A stretch of DNA of 64,000 nucleotides from Podarcis tiliguerta (GCA_965153285.1 OZ229114.1); one strand, 5' to 3'. Shown: positions 39,629 through 53,779, counted from the first letter of the stretch. Numbers and translations: made by a program. The notes: generated from the letters alone by a model not told the origin.

Positions 39629-39727
39629 TCTGTTAGGTGTGTCTGCGACAGAGACAGCAAGATATCTGAACAGCCTGCGTGCACATATGCTGACAAATAC
39701 ACACAGACCTCCTGGAGGAAAAGTGCT
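39629..39727 (+). CDS. CCSER2: CCSER2 exon 9 (contains KYTQT)
   Basis: Encodes SVRCVCDRDSKISEQPACTYADKYTQTSWRKSA; donor GCT|gtgagt. The acceptor is a weak AAG ending 39628; the nearby TAG ending 39636 would frameshift into a stop. Confidence 0.88.
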
Positions 39728-41701
39728 GTGAGTAGTTGATGAAAAGTTACAGTTGTTTATGTAAGATAGCTCCTGGTTTAGATCCATTAGGTTTCATCAT
39801 CTTGCCATGTTACCCAGGTTCTTTCAATTTCTTCTTTTTAGTTGTATATAATTTTAAAGATGTTTTGCAATCTGCTACATTGTATATACATAGTTATTTA
39901 TCGGGTGACAGAGACATACAATTCTTTGTGTATTTTTGTGTGTGTGTGTTGACTCTCATTTGAGTCTTAAAAATGCAATTTAGGATTTCAGATAAGTAGG
40001 ATTTCAGATTCTAGTCCTTCCTGATTCCTAAGTATCATTTTTAGGAATGCCATCAAAATGCAATATAGTGCTAATGTAATTCATATTAAACTTTAATATG
40101 AACTGCAGACATTCCAGAATCGAAAAACCATTTTGGATCTTAGTAAATCATTTTAGATGGGTTCTGTAGTCTATATTTAATTCTTATGGATTAAATTCAC
40201 GGGAATGTATCCAATATTTGTCCTACTCAGGATTGTTCCATTGAAATGAATGGACATTAGTGACTTAGGTCAATTAGTTTCAGTGGGTCTGCCATGAGTA
40301 TAACTTAGTTGGCTATATCCCACTATTTTCAAATCTCATGAGAATCTATTACCAGTACATATTTTCCTGGCAAGGTTACCTCTTTGTCTTTTTAATAACT
40401 GTCAAATTTTAGTCCTGGGTTTATTTCTGTTTCCAGTTTTGGAATCTGAAGTATTGGTGTAGATGACAATATAATTCTTTACAAGTTTGTAAGTTTTCTC
40501 CATTAGCATTCATAATGCACAGCAGCAGTGGAGCACACATTTACCAAAAATATGAAATAGCTCTCGTAAGAAAATTGTGATTCTTTTGGATTTCAGAATA
40601 ACACTGGACACCAGCAGAAATTGCACTAGTTCTAGTTTTGAATGAGAAAAAATGGGGTTCACTTGTCCTTACCCCTTTTAGTTAATTTGAGGTTAGTGTT
40701 TTCATATTTCTGAGGAGGAAAGAGAGGATTTCCTAATTCTATGCATCTTATTCAACATTGATGGTTGAGCATCTTTTCTAGGGTAAAGAAAAAAATTATA
40801 TGCAAACTGTAGCAATATATTTTGACTGTTGAAATGGCTATGAAGTGTTCTGTGATGTCACATGCTCTACACATCACTGATTTTTAATGGAGTTTCCTAG
40901 CAGTGCAGTTTATGGGTTGCTAGTATGCAGAATGTGTGCCACAAATGGTACAGGCACCTGTGTGGACTTCATAATATGGCTAGACGTGAACAAATGGACC
41001 AGTGGACCCGGCTGTGGCATAATTAGGCCTGTAGCTCTGTCCTGTTCACCTATTAGTAAACTAGAGGCAAAATAGCACTAAAAGATGCCCTGAAATGGCA
41101 TTATACTGCTCTAGTTCTCATGGCATATTAAACCATGGTTAAAAACAAGCCCATATTTTAATGTGAACATGCAGTGTACTAGTGCACACTACTGAAAAGT
41201 TCCTGTTGCTAAGTGTGGGTACGTTGCCAGGAAACAAGCCAGCATCTGGATTGTGATGCCTGAACCTTGGCTTGTTTCTCTCTAAACAGAGAAGCAGTAT
41301 CCCCAGGTTGTTCTTTGCTTATTGTTTACAGTTTGTAGGCAGTGAAACAAATGAAAAGCCAGGTTCAGATGTCATCACAATCCAAACTCTGACTTGTTTC
41401 ATGGCAGTGGCAGTAGTAGGGGAAATAGTAGTTTAACATGCTATGCAAACCAGGACATGATTTGAGAATTACTATATGGTCTTTAGTTGTAAATTATTCT
41501 ATGAAACTGCACCAGAAGCCTCTCCTATACTATTTCTAAGAGTTGTTAGTGGACACTTTGTTGTGGACTAGAAGTGAGCTTTAGGGTTTTGTGCTGAAAA
41601 AAACATCTTTCACATTTTTCAGTACATGATTTGGAAGAACAAATAACAAAAAAACCATACTCAGATCATAGTGATTGGACGTGTTTTATATATTTGTAGG
41701 C

Positions 41702-41941
41702 CAGGGGTCGGAAACCTAAGGCCCATGGGCCACAAGCGGCCCGCAGGGGTCGTTTAACCAGCCCCCTCGTTTAACCATGCAGCGAGTCCCCACGCACTGC
41801 GCTAAACCAGCGCGGCACGGGGACTTGCTTCCATGGCGCCAGAAATCATGTCGATGCAGATGCCAGAAATCGTGAGTGTGTGCATGATCGGGCCCATGGA
41901 GGGATCTCCGCTGGAGTGAACTGGCCCAGGCGCAACCCGTG
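41702..41941. mobile_element. hAT (Charlie-like) MITE
   Basis: Starts CAGGGGTC and ends CAACCCGTG; perfect 8-bp TSD TTGTAGGC (41694-41701 / 41942-41949). Confidence 0.88.
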
Positions 41942-42499
41942 TTGTAGGCAAATAAAACTAGCACAGTGCAATATGTACTGGAATTCATACTTGATTAGGT
42001 TAAAGCAAAACTATAAACTCAGAACTCCTGATTTGTCTCTTCTTGACATTCTGACTCTAATCTACTTTGAATAATTTTTGAAGGACATTTTAAATGAACC
42101 TGATTCATCAACAAATTCTATAATATTCTATATTTTTATTCTTACTATTTTCATTCGAAACTAATTCAGTATACAGATAGATATACGCATATAGGCATGT
42201 TTTAGTTGACCTGTTGAGACCCCCATATTGAATAATTTTGTTTGTTTATTTATTTTTTAAATTCGTATAACGGCCTTCATACAAAGATCTCAGGGTGGTT
42301 CACAGCATAAAAACACAGCATAAAAACACAAAATGCGTAATAAAAACAAGAAGTATTATTAGAAACCACTGTCATTTTCCTATAGCAGAACAGAAACATT
42401 AACAAAAAATGACTAGCTGAAATACTGGGCCCATAGTAAATAATGAAAGGGGTTGAATGTTTTTCCTAATATTCCCTCCATCCACCCAGAACAAGATAT

Positions 42500-42950
42500 T
42501 GTTACATGCCACCTCAGTCCCAGAGCAGTGTGAGATTCCAGGGTTTCTAGGCACCCAAGTTTGTGTTTCCTTCAGAATGAGGAACAGCAGAGACTGCGGT
42601 GTCTTTATGATATATGGTTTATTTACAACCTGAGCCTATGATGGAGGGGTTCACTGCACTAACATCCCAGAAGAGTCTTGCTTCACCCATAGCCACAGTC
42701 TTGGGTACGAGCAGAAATCAGGCATACTTCTTCCTCCAGCTTCTAACTTACACACACAAAACTCAGCTCACAACTCTGACTTTATCTAACTAACTACACA
42801 CATCTGCCACACAGAGCCACTTCCTTTGTTACCTTAATGACCCATACTTAGAGCTATCCCCAGGAAGTTTACCCGACTATTCCAGGATTTTGAATCTTTG
42901 CTTAGATTTTAACCCTAGCTGAATCCAGAAATTACTCCCGCCCCCCATAT
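42500..42950 (-). mobile_element. Possible solo LTR remnant
   Basis: Starts TGTTACA and has an inverted poly(A) signal (tttatt ~42618) with LTR-like composition; no TSD confirmed. Confidence 0.35.
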
Positions 42951-45632
42951 AAAATTTCAGTGTTGTAAGTTTACACTAAGTAACTTTTCTTTCAAGTTAA
43001 AAATCAGCTTGGAACAGAATTAACCCCTTGCGGTAAAATCAATTTTTGTGGTCTGATGGAATTCTGCAATGTGCTGTAATAATTTGTTTTAAATATAGGA
43101 GAACCATTCTTGAAGTAGTGTATAACCATTCTTGAAGTGGTGTATTAGCCCAAAGTGTGTGGTAGTGTCACTTTCCCTTTCATTTTAATAGGGGTAGACT
43201 GGACACTTGCTTCAAAAGGAAGGACTTGTGTTTTACCAAATCAACTATAGTACAGAGTTTCTGTTGCTGCAGTTTTCAGGGCAGGCACGATGGTGATGTA
43301 TCAAAATCTGCAACCTATCCCTGAGTTGTGCTACTTCTGGCTCTGCCCATGGTTAATTTTCAGTTCTCCTCCCCCATTAGTTGTCAAGGGGGGAGAAAAA
43401 AGAATGCAGCAGCTTTGTTTCCACAAATAGGTAGGCCAGCTCCGCAGCTTATGACAGAGGGAAACATTTACGCCCATTTTTAAACTTCCTTTTTACACCC
43501 CCTCTGCAATAAGGTTACAGCATTACCTTAGGAATTACAGCTGTTAATTCATCTCTCACATAAATATTACACAAGAGAGAGATGGGAGGGCAGGCATGCT
43601 AGCAGCTTTATAATGCATTTGTGTACTTCTTTGTTGTAATTTATTAAAGAAAAACCTTCATTGTTAATAGCTGGTTTTCAAAAAGATTCAAAAGAGTGCA
43701 AGTTATGTGCTAGGGGTTCAGCCAAAGGAAGAAGTGATCATAGCAACTTTGCAGTCCATCAGTGGGGAAAAAACCCTTTTATTATTTCATATGTTTAACT
43801 ATGAATTACTGATGTTCAACCAAACCACCATAGATTTACTGCAGCCTTGTAGAAAAGGAAGAAATCTTATTTAAAGGTTGCTCAGAGTTGATTCTTCACA
43901 TAGGCAACCAAACCAATGGATATTTACGTAACTGTTTTGCAATACTATCTTGTCTATTCTTCATACCATTCATTGTATGTTATCAAAAGTATCACCAATA
44001 TCTCATGTAACGTCAAGCAAAGTTGCTGAATGTTCTACTTGTATTGCAAGCTTTCGTTTTCTGGAGCTCAGCATAATATATAGAATCCACACATGCAGGT
44101 TATAGAACTATTTTAAGAATTTAGTCTCACCTGAAATTTCCCCTCTATCTAGCTAACTATGTAAGATTTAAATGTAGTGTGTGTATGACCCCCACCACAA
44201 TATAATGACTGCAATTCCCTATGTTTCAACTTAGCAAAATTTGTCCACTCTTTCTAAAGTAGCAGTCCTGTGCATATTATTTGAGAGCAAGTCCTATCGT
44301 GGCTGCCAAATGCATTTTTAAAAGGCCGAGATTCATGCATGTGTGCACCTGCTGCAGAACAAATTGAGAGGACGTGATTTCACTATCCTCAAAACAGCAT
44401 TTCTCTATTTATTAGCATGGAGACAAACAAACCAGGCACCCCTTTTTCTACATTAAAATGGAGATTGGTATTCACATGATGATTACTGCCCAGAGGATGC
44501 ATGAACTGGCCTTCATGTGGCAACCGTTTTATGCAGTGGCTGGAATGAAAGGCAATTGCCATGGATAATTTTTAACCGCTTCTTAAACTATTTAAGCTTT
44601 TTTGGAGTTACATCTTTTTACAGTCTGAAACAAACCTAAAACCCAAGCATGCACTCGATTGCAATTATCCATGCTCTGATAACATTTTTGTTAGTCTGAA
44701 TGTATTATATATGGGGCTATCCTTAAAAGATGGTTTGGAAACTACAGATAGACCCTGTACCATGAGACTGTTAACCCAGGGCATCTCATTAGAAACATCT
44801 CCCATCAGTATCAAAAGAGCTTCACTGACCACCATTTGATTTTCAAACCCAGTTTGAGTTGCTCATGTTGACGCTAAAGTCCTTTCTCAACATCACCCTG
44901 CCCACAAATTCAGCTATCTATCAACACTCCTCTTCAGTTGTTCTGATGTTGGACAAATGTGATGACTGAAAGAGGGAGTGCACCTAGGATCTATTCTGCC
45001 CTTTGGGTGCCAGTCTAGCTATTTTTATTTACCCAGGACTTCTAAGAATTTTACAATTTCAGTAAACCATTTTAATTAGTGTATTGTCTTGTGTTTATGC
45101 TGATTGGATTTTGTGAGTTGTAATTATTTGTGTGCGTCAGGCTTAACATCTCATCCCGGGTGTAAAGTGTGGGTCCCATTAAAACATCTTTCAAAGATCT
45201 TGAGGTATGCAGGCAATAGAGAATCTACCCCAAGTTCCTTGCTATAATCTTTTTAGGTTTGAAAGGCATACACTATTAAAGCCTTCCCTGTTCTTTGGAC
45301 GTCTTCGCTGATCTTTATAATAAATTAGAATTTGATAAACAAACCACTTACTTCCACCAGGTACTCTGAAACAATTTTAAAATGTATATAAAAAGGCTAT
45401 TCTTGTCTTGATTGACTTGGTGTTGCATTTAATAAATACAAATACCTAAAGCCAATTTTTCCTTCAAATATTTTCCAGAAGCAAGCTTTTACAAACCTTG
45501 CTGATCTTTTGAATTATTTCAGATTTAAAAGTACTTGTTCTTAGTAAAAGGAACAATGTGGCTTTTGGTGCTGTTTGCCCCCTCTCCGTTCTCTTTTTTA
45601 TTATTCTTTCTCCCTCATCTTTCTCTGCACAG

Positions 45633-45717
45633 GGTGGGTATTCTGCTCCTTCCTTCTCTCCCTGGCAGGGCTCATTCCAGGGCATCCCTCGGACTGTTCC
45701 ACCGCAACGCAGACAGA
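45633..45717 (+). CDS. CCSER2: CCSER2 cassette exon 10 (85 nt, frame-shifting)
   Basis: Long pyrimidine tract with acceptor gcacag; encodes GGYSAPSFSPWQGSFQGIPRTVPPQRRQ, nearly identical to the recalled human sequence; donor A|gtgagt. Confidence 0.93.
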
Positions 45718-46734
45718 GTGAGTCTGTACTTCTCACTCATATCCCTCACTGTGCTCCAGTAGCAGTTTTCCCTTTGCACGCACTGTTCATTGTGTAGCAT
45801 TCTGTTCTTTCAAGCAAAAACATCAGACACATGCGAGTCTGTGGTCTAACCTCAGCACCTCTTTCACTTAACGATATAACTGCAACTTAACAGCTTTATC
45901 AAATGGTTTAATAATAGATCTTAAAAGCTACCTGAAACCTTTATTTCATCGATCCTGAAAGTTTGCTTGTTCTCCACCCTTTCATGGCTTTTAAAGTGCG
46001 TGTTTGTCCCGTTTGTTCATGTTATCAGCATGTGTGCTCATCCAAATATATTTGTTTGATATTTGTGGAGATGTGTTCATACAAGTCATACTTTGATAAC
46101 AGTATGTGACACATTGCTATATTTGGAAAATTAAACTTTTCTTTCAGCTGTGAAGCTTTTCCAATGTGCCAGAGTAACAAATTAAGAAAGTAGTGACTTT
46201 TCCAGCAATGCATGATTTATTAATATTACTCATTAACTAGCAACAGCTTGATCTAAAATGGGATGTTGTTCTTTATTCACAATAGAAAAGACAAATTTGT
46301 TGATTTGTACTGTACTAAAATAGAGTAGAAAACTAGTAAAACTGATATATTGTGAAGCACTAGCTTAAATTATTTCAGGGGAAATATAAAGTGGCTACCT
46401 TGTTTGTGTAAACATTTTCATTTGCTTATGGTAGATTTTTTTGCATTTTAAATTATCCATACCCTAGAAAGCTGATTTGCAAAGTAAGGATGTATTCCAA
46501 TCAGTTTTATTAAAAGTTGAGTGGTGAAATACTTTTTTTAGTAGTTTGAGAATTTGCATTCTCAGCTTCAGTTAGATGCTGCTAAATAAATTAAGTATGG
46601 GCAGAAATTAAGATCTTCGGCAATGTTCTTAAGAATATAAAAGGATGATAACTAAAGGGCTACGTATGTTGAGAGAATGCTATTTGGGAACTAAACAAAG
46701 ACTGAATACTAACTGGTAAGCTTGTGTATATGTG

Positions 46735-46742
<8 letters not shown>

Positions 46743-46776
<34 letters not shown>
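46743..46776. repeat. (TG)n microsatellite
   Basis: Directly visible. Confidence 0.95.
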
Positions 46777-46778
<2 letters not shown>

Positions 46779-49534
46779 CTCTTTTGAACAGAGCAAAAAC
46801 CTGCTCTTATTTTATATTGTGGGCAGAATTGGAACTGAGAACTGGCATTATTTCACCCTTTCCCTGGGATTTGGACTTTGCTATATGCAGTTCCTGCTGT
46901 GGACATGCCCCTGTTCTAAATAGCAACACACGGATGTGCTGCATTCCCAACATGTGGTTCAAATCCATGACCCCTGAGATTCAGGGGGTCTCATTCCCAA
47001 ATGAATGCCTAGTTTCCATTATACTGGACTACACTTGGACGAGGAACTGCTTTGGCTGCTTAGCTGAATTTGCCTGGGCCCATCTTCTCATAGAGTTTGG
47101 GTTAGATAGACCTCTGTTGTGCTCCAACAGGATGCTCCTTATGATCTTAGTATGTCTTCCATATTTGGTGGTTCATTAATTTTCAGTGCTATAAGCTGTG
47201 CAGTGAAAGTTGCTTAGGGCTAGAAAATCAGTGAAATAAGTAATATGAAAGAGTTCAGTGGAATGCACTTACTGGCCTAGTTCACACATCACATTAAGCC
47301 ACAGTTTGAAACAGGATGGAGCACCTACGGCCCAGGGGCCAAATGCAGCCCTACTGGCCTCTTCCCAGACCTTGGGACTCTCTCTCTGAGTAAAGCCCCC
47401 TCCCCAACAACACTGTTTCCCCAAACTACACCCCTAACTGGCCTTCCTTCACATTCTCCTTTAGAGTTTTTGCTTGGCTGGAATGTGTCCTTGGACGCTG
47501 ATAATGACCCTTTTTTTATCTGAATGAACAAAGAGAGGTGTGTGAGCATGTGCAGAAACTAATGTACTGTAGAAAGGAGCTACCCACTTTTGCCTTCCCA
47601 GCACTAGCATGTGGTCGCAACTCCCAGAAGGTTGTCCAGATGGCAGTATAGTTTTCAGGCTGAAAATGTTTTCCGATTCCTAATTTAAAACAAACCTGTT
47701 TGCTTTTTGTGTTGTCCAAATCTGGGCTCATAGTTTGTTTCCTTCCAGCAAATCACAAGTAGTAACCAAGGCTTGTTCTTTGCTCACTGCTTGACATTTG
47801 TTTGAGGGAAACAGGTCCAAACCTGGGTTCAGATGAAATGACAAGCCTAATTCTGGCTTGATTTGTCTGTGGTGCGGAAGCAGCAGAAGTGTGGAACAGC
47901 AGCATAGGAAGCTGCTTATGTGTCTAGACTAGGTGTGGTAAACCTGTGACCTTCCACATGTTGTTGGACTCCAACTCCAAACATCCATGGCTGATGGAAT
48001 TGGAATCCAACAACACATGAAGGGACTGGAGGCTCCCCCATCCCCCATTTAGACTGGTAAACTTCAATCCCTCATACCCAGTTGCCTGGAAGCTTCTCTG
48101 TAAAGTCTTTGGTATGTGAACAGTCATAGAAGTGCTGATTAGTTTGATGATCAAAGGACCAATCATACCTATATTGAGTCAGGATGGTGGAAGTAAGTGG
48201 AACAAATCTGGCATAATTTCAGGATAGAAACTTGTGCAAAACCAGCTAGGGGTTGGGCAGAGTAGTTGTGGATTTAGGAAATTATGAGCTGTGGAAATAC
48301 CTTGACTCATTTTTGGGTGAGGGAAAGCCAAAAGCTTATAGTTTATCACATATTACTTTTTGAGCATTAATGATAGACTGCAGACCAGGGGCAGGCAATG
48401 TGTGGCCCTCTGGATGTTGTTGGATGGCAGCCCCTTTCAGCCCCAGCCAACATGACCGATGGTGAGGATGGTGGGACCTGGAATATAACAACATCTGGAG
48501 GTGCACAGGTTTCCTACATCTGATATAGACAAAGCCTTCAAAACAATGTGATGAGCAGGAAGTCCAGAGGCTATTAGAATTTCTGTGTAATCCTTCAAAT
48601 TATCATAATTAGAGTCAATGCTGAGTTCCTGATAAAGGTGAGTAGAAATTAGGTGCCAAGTCAGTTTTGTCCTTTGAAAAGTTGGCATAGATTTGTTCTT
48701 AAGATTCAGGGATATACATGCTTTATGTAAAAGACCTGCGTTAGTACATTGGAATAAAAGCTTTCCTCAATAGGTTCATATACACAACCATGTAATGAAA
48801 GAGAGGGTACTCTTTGGTCATGGCAATTGCTCATTGTTGTGTCTTGGTCCTCTGACACCACTGTCCTTGTCTTTTTCTTGTCTCTGCTTTCCATTTTGCT
48901 ATTGGCAAGGAGTTGAGGAATTAGTCCATTACTTCTATGATAAAGCGTGGTACAGTACAACTTCAGATTTCTTCCTCCTTCCACTTCTTCACTATTGTGT
49001 ATGCTGCCTGCATGGTGCATGCATGTCAAAGTTGTGCATGCAGAGTTGTCTTGTTTTCTCCATACCTCATAACATTAATAGGAAAAGGCTGTTTGGTAGT
49101 TCTTAATGAAATCAAAGTAAATGTTTCATCTCACCTGTGTTATAAGCAAGAGAATCACATTTTCATGCCTGTATTTTTCTACACCTTACTGAGTGGCATT
49201 AAGTTGTACGCAACATTGCAAAACATTTGAAGTAATTTCCAGTTTACTGTGTGTGTCTTATGTGGCAATTCTCTTCATTGATTTTCTGCTATTGAGCACC
49301 CTGCGACAACTCATGTAGAACCAGCCTTCACAGGATGCTGCTATATTGTGGCAGGGTATGTGTGGATCCTTTATACTAGAACATCTAGAGAAATCTGGAA
49401 ATGGATAATTTCTAGAACCTATCTTTATTGTAAAAATACATGTTGACAATATCCAAAGGCACAATTGGTGTTTAATACTTTGTCATAATCTTCTTCCTTG
49501 GTTAGACAGCATTGGAAGTATTCTACAGCACAAT

Positions 49535-49725
49535 AAACATATAGTGCTTTTCTTAGTGCACACAGCATTGCATATGAGTTTTCATTAATCCTCATAACAT
49601 CCTTGTAAGAGGCTGTTATTACGTCCATATTACAAAGTGAGATGGGGATATGGTTGGAAGAGTGATTACTTAATGCTTCCCAACGAGTTCATGGTAGAAA
49701 TGAAATTTAAATTGGGACCTGACTC
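49535..49725 (-). mobile_element. MIR-like SINE remnant
   Basis: aatcctcataacatccttgtaag...attacgtccatattaca matches the reverse CORE domain. Confidence 0.55.
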
Positions 49726-51664
49726 ACAACTACTCCTGTCAAGCAACATTAGTTTCACATTAATGGAAAGCTCCACAAAACAGTTTAAACAAGTAGCTAT
49801 CATATACATTTCAGTTAGGTCCGTACCAGGTGTTTGCTGGTGAACACCTTAAGGGTGAAAGTAGAGCTTTAGAGGGGAACCTGGCAATGGAGATATGTCT
49901 TCTGTTTCTCTGACATTTGCTCCATAAAACAAATTGATGTGTTTGACCCCTTCCCCTGCAGCAATTTTTTTACATGAGTGCTACAAAGCAGGCTGCTTTT
50001 TGTAGTGGGTGAAAGTGTTTGTGAAAGTCCCTCTCCAATTTCATCTCAGCCATGCAGTTTCAATATACTTCGGACTATACATGTATAGCCAGCCAGTCAA
50101 CTTATTTAACCAGCTAGCTTATTGAAATACTTCTGTAACTGAAAGTAAATGAAAACTCAGGCTTAAATTAAACTAGACCTAAATTAAAACAAACTAGTAG
50201 TACATAGGCATTCCATACACTGGAAAGCACATATTAATGCCTATGCAGATTTCTACAGTTGATAGCATTTGTTTCAATAAATGGCCTATTCATTGTGATT
50301 ATAGAAAAGACTGTAATTTTGAATACGTAAACATATTTCTCTTGCTTAGACAGAAGGTACACCTTTAAACTAAGCTTATTAAAAGTGGCCAAACCATTCA
50401 ATAATAACTTAGCAAATTTCCTTCTGGATTCAGTATAAATGTCAGTAATAAAAGTACATAAAAACAAATGTTTTTGATCACCTGAGCTCAACAAATCGAA
50501 AACAAGGAATTTTCTGATTCCATTCCTCATATCAAGTAGACATGATTTGGAATATCAGTAGCCATATTCAGATTATCATATCCTGGATGATTGAGCCAAG
50601 ATATGAACAAGACTTGTACCCACATAGGCAGCTCCTTCATTCCTCTTTATGATGACATGTTCTCCATTGGCCCTTCCATTAGGATAGGCCATGAAGGAGG
50701 CTTGCCCAGAGGGGAAATAATCTGGGGGCAGAAACTGAAGACCCTTAATGCTAATTAAAGACTTCTTGGCTTTACTGCATGGATGGGTAAAAGGCTTATG
50801 ATATCTGTGCTTATTGTTAATGTAAGATTATCCATAGTGGCCAATATGAGAAATGTTTTATGCAAGGCAAACCATGTTAATACCTGAGAAGAATGTGGAC
50901 CGTTTTTTAAATGAAGATTAGGAGCAAACTCTTTCCATCTTTTCTTAATTTAGCTATGATAAGGTGTGTGTAGTTTTTTTTGCCTGACATTGGTTTTTTA
51001 GATATTGTGGAATGATCCTAAATTTGGCATTGAAATCCAGTTTCTGGATTTGATTCTGCTTTACTAATAAGGTATTAATCCATTTTAAGAGGCTTTTAAT
51101 ACTACATAAGGATTCAGAACCTTTTAGCTATAAATTTCAATTCTGTCCTAATTCAAACTTCTGGCATAGAAGTCTTTGAAATCTATTTTGTGGAATTTCT
51201 AGCTGTTCCGTCTGCATTGTTCCTCTAATCTTGGCTCCATATGACAAATTGGGAAAAGATTTCTGTGTGCCCTACCTGCAGGGGAATTAAATTTGGCCAG
51301 ATGGCAGGTTTAGCAACCTTTTACTATGAGAGTGACCTCAATTGTTAAAGCAAACTGATTCAAAGAACTGTGAGCATAAGGAGAAATGCATCAATGCAGT
51401 GTAGTGCCACAGTGTAGTGGGGATTGGGTTATTGCAGTCTTCTCCAGTGTGGTGCCTTTTAGATGTAGTTAGATTCTCAGCTTGCATTATCCCTTAGTTT
51501 TGGCTATGTTGGATGGAATTGGTGGAAATTGAGGCCTAACATCATAAGTTGGGGAATGCTGGATTACAGTATTAGAAACAAGAAATAAGGAAAATATAGG
51601 ATGCAGCCTATTAATTTGAGTAGGCCATAGAAAGGCTTGATACTTTGCTTGTGCAAGAGAAGTG

Positions 51665-51923
51665 GACACGGAACAATGCATCCAAACTACAAGAAAGAAG
51701 ATTCCACCTAAACATTAGGAAGAACTTCCTGACAGTAAGAGCTGTTCGACAGTTTGAATTTGCTGCCAAGGAGTGTGGTGGAGTCTCCTACTTTGGAGGT
51801 CTTTAAGCAGAGGCTTGACAACCATATGTCAGGAGTGCTCTGATGGTGTTTCCTGCTTGGCAGGGGGTTGGACTCGATGGCCCTTGTGGTCTCTTCCAAC
51901 CCTATGATTCTATGATTCTATGA
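51665..51923 (+). mobile_element. CR1 LINE 3' fragment (relatively young)
   Basis: Encodes the CR1 ORF2 C-terminus (KLQERRFHLNIRKNFLTVRAV) and ends tatgattctatgattctatga. Confidence 0.92.
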
Positions 51924-53420
51924 AATGAGGGGAGTCCTTGGGGTCTGGAGTGCTCTTCTGCTAAGTCACAGGGCACAGCCCGCTACATTAATGCATTAGT
52001 CCAAAGATGCACTGCTACGACTACTAACTAGTGATTTTTAAAAATGCATAATTGGATGGTAACCTTCGGTAATGGTAGAAATGGAGAAATGATCTGCACA
52101 GTAAAGCTCTGAATTATCCCTTTCTGTCTTCATCATCCACTGCCATGCTTCTCCACTTTGACAGTCTGGAGATATCATGGCAGATACAAGCCAGGACAAC
52201 CTTTCTGGCTCTTCTGCATGTCCTTTTCTGTTAACCATTTCTTTTCTCCCTTTCCATCTCCTAAAATAGTAAACTGTGGAATGTTAAGTCCTCCTACACA
52301 CAGTGTTGCATGTACCTCCGTGTAACTTTGGAGTCTCCAGCAGCAGTTAAGTGACATGCACACATGGAAGTTGGGGTTCTGTCAAGATTGCTTAGACACA
52401 TATTCACACTTAGGTTGTCAACATGGTTGTGGAAAACACCTAGTTTACATACTGTATGTGTTGTGTGTACCTGCCCTGAGACTAGGAAATTAATGCATCA
52501 TATTTAATGTTCAAATCTTCAAATTGCTTTCTTAGCAATTCCTTATGTTGACAGCAACTCTAGGTGCTGGAGGAAATGTAGAAGAGCAAAGGTGGGCATA
52601 CAATTTAGAAATATGAAGAAGTAGAACATCAAAAAGATTATAGCTGGCACTGCACAAATGAGAGAAAATGAAAGAATTTCAGGCAAGGGGTAGGATTTAC
52701 AGGTAGATTTTCTTCACATTATGGTACCTGGCACTTGTATGCCTTCTTCTAGTAGTAATATATTTTCATTTCCTTGAGTTGCCAGTATTTTTACTGGGGC
52801 ATATGGTCAGAAATGATGGACTGCTGGGAAATACAAGAAGTGAATAAATATAAAGAAGTGAGTAAATATTACAACATAAAATGTTAAGAAATGTTGATAG
52901 TTTAGAAATATTTAAGGTCCTTGGAATAGTTGTTCCTGCATTTCTTGGTACATATAGAAAATCATTAATAGAGCAGTCAAGTGCATATCTGCTCAGAAGT
53001 AGGTTTTATAGTGAAGTGGTATTTACTGTCAGATAGATGTGCCAAGGATTGCAACTTTAGAATATTAAAACACTTTGTATCAATAGAATTCTTTCATTTT
53101 GTAAAGGAGACTTTGCAATGGCTGTCTGTAGTTAGATTTCTACAATACAAGAGCAGTCCTAGAGTGCAGTTAAGAAAGGAGAAGGGGTTTACATGACTAT
53201 AGGAGGTGTGCGTGTATGGAAATACACACACACACACGTTGACAAATGTTCAGTCATGAATCTCCAGGACTGGGCAGTTTGAAGACCACTTAAAGCATCT
53301 CTGGCCCAGGGAGATGCACTTAACCACATGCATAATATGTGGATGTTTTCATTTGAGGCAACCTACACCTTCCAGGCAAGTCCCCAAGCTGCTTTTTAAA
53401 CTCCCCTAAGCAATAAAAGA

Positions 53421-53779
53421 GGGACGCGGGTGGCACTGTGGGTAAAACCTCAGTGCCTAGGCCTTGCCGATCGTATGGTCGGCGGTTCGAATCCCCGCGG
53501 CGGGGTGAGCTCCCGTCGTTCAGTCCCAGCTCCTGCCCACCTAGCAGTTCGAAAGCACTCTTAAGTGCAAGTAGATAAATAGGGACCGCTTTATAGCGGG
53601 AAGGTAAACAGCGTTTCCGTGTGCTGCGCTGGTGCTGGCTCGCCAGCTGCAGCTTCGTCACGCTGGCCACGTGACCCGGAAGTGTCTTCTGACGGCACCG
53701 GCTCACGGCCTCTAGAGTGAGATGAGCACGCAACCCTAGAGTCGGACACGACTGGCCCGTACGGGCAGGGGTACCTTTT
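53421..53779 (+). mobile_element. Full-length Sauria SINE (lacertid type)
   Basis: tRNA-like head with B box GGTTCGAATCC; BovB-like 3' end gagtcggacacgactg; tail gtacctttt; TSD TAAGCAATAAAAGA(G) at 53407-53420 / 53780-53793. Confidence 0.95.

Noticed and set aside
43101-43145. 22-bp tandem duplication (similar ones at ~9352-9397 and ~7120-7155)
   Set aside because: Ordinary slippage or repair micro-duplications with no functional signal.
46724-47179. 151-aa intronic ORF
   Set aside because: Starts in a (TG)n microsatellite; no splice or homology support.
53421-53500. tRNA-like A/B boxes (GGTTCGAATCCCC)
   Set aside because: This is the head of a Sauria SINE, not a tRNA gene.
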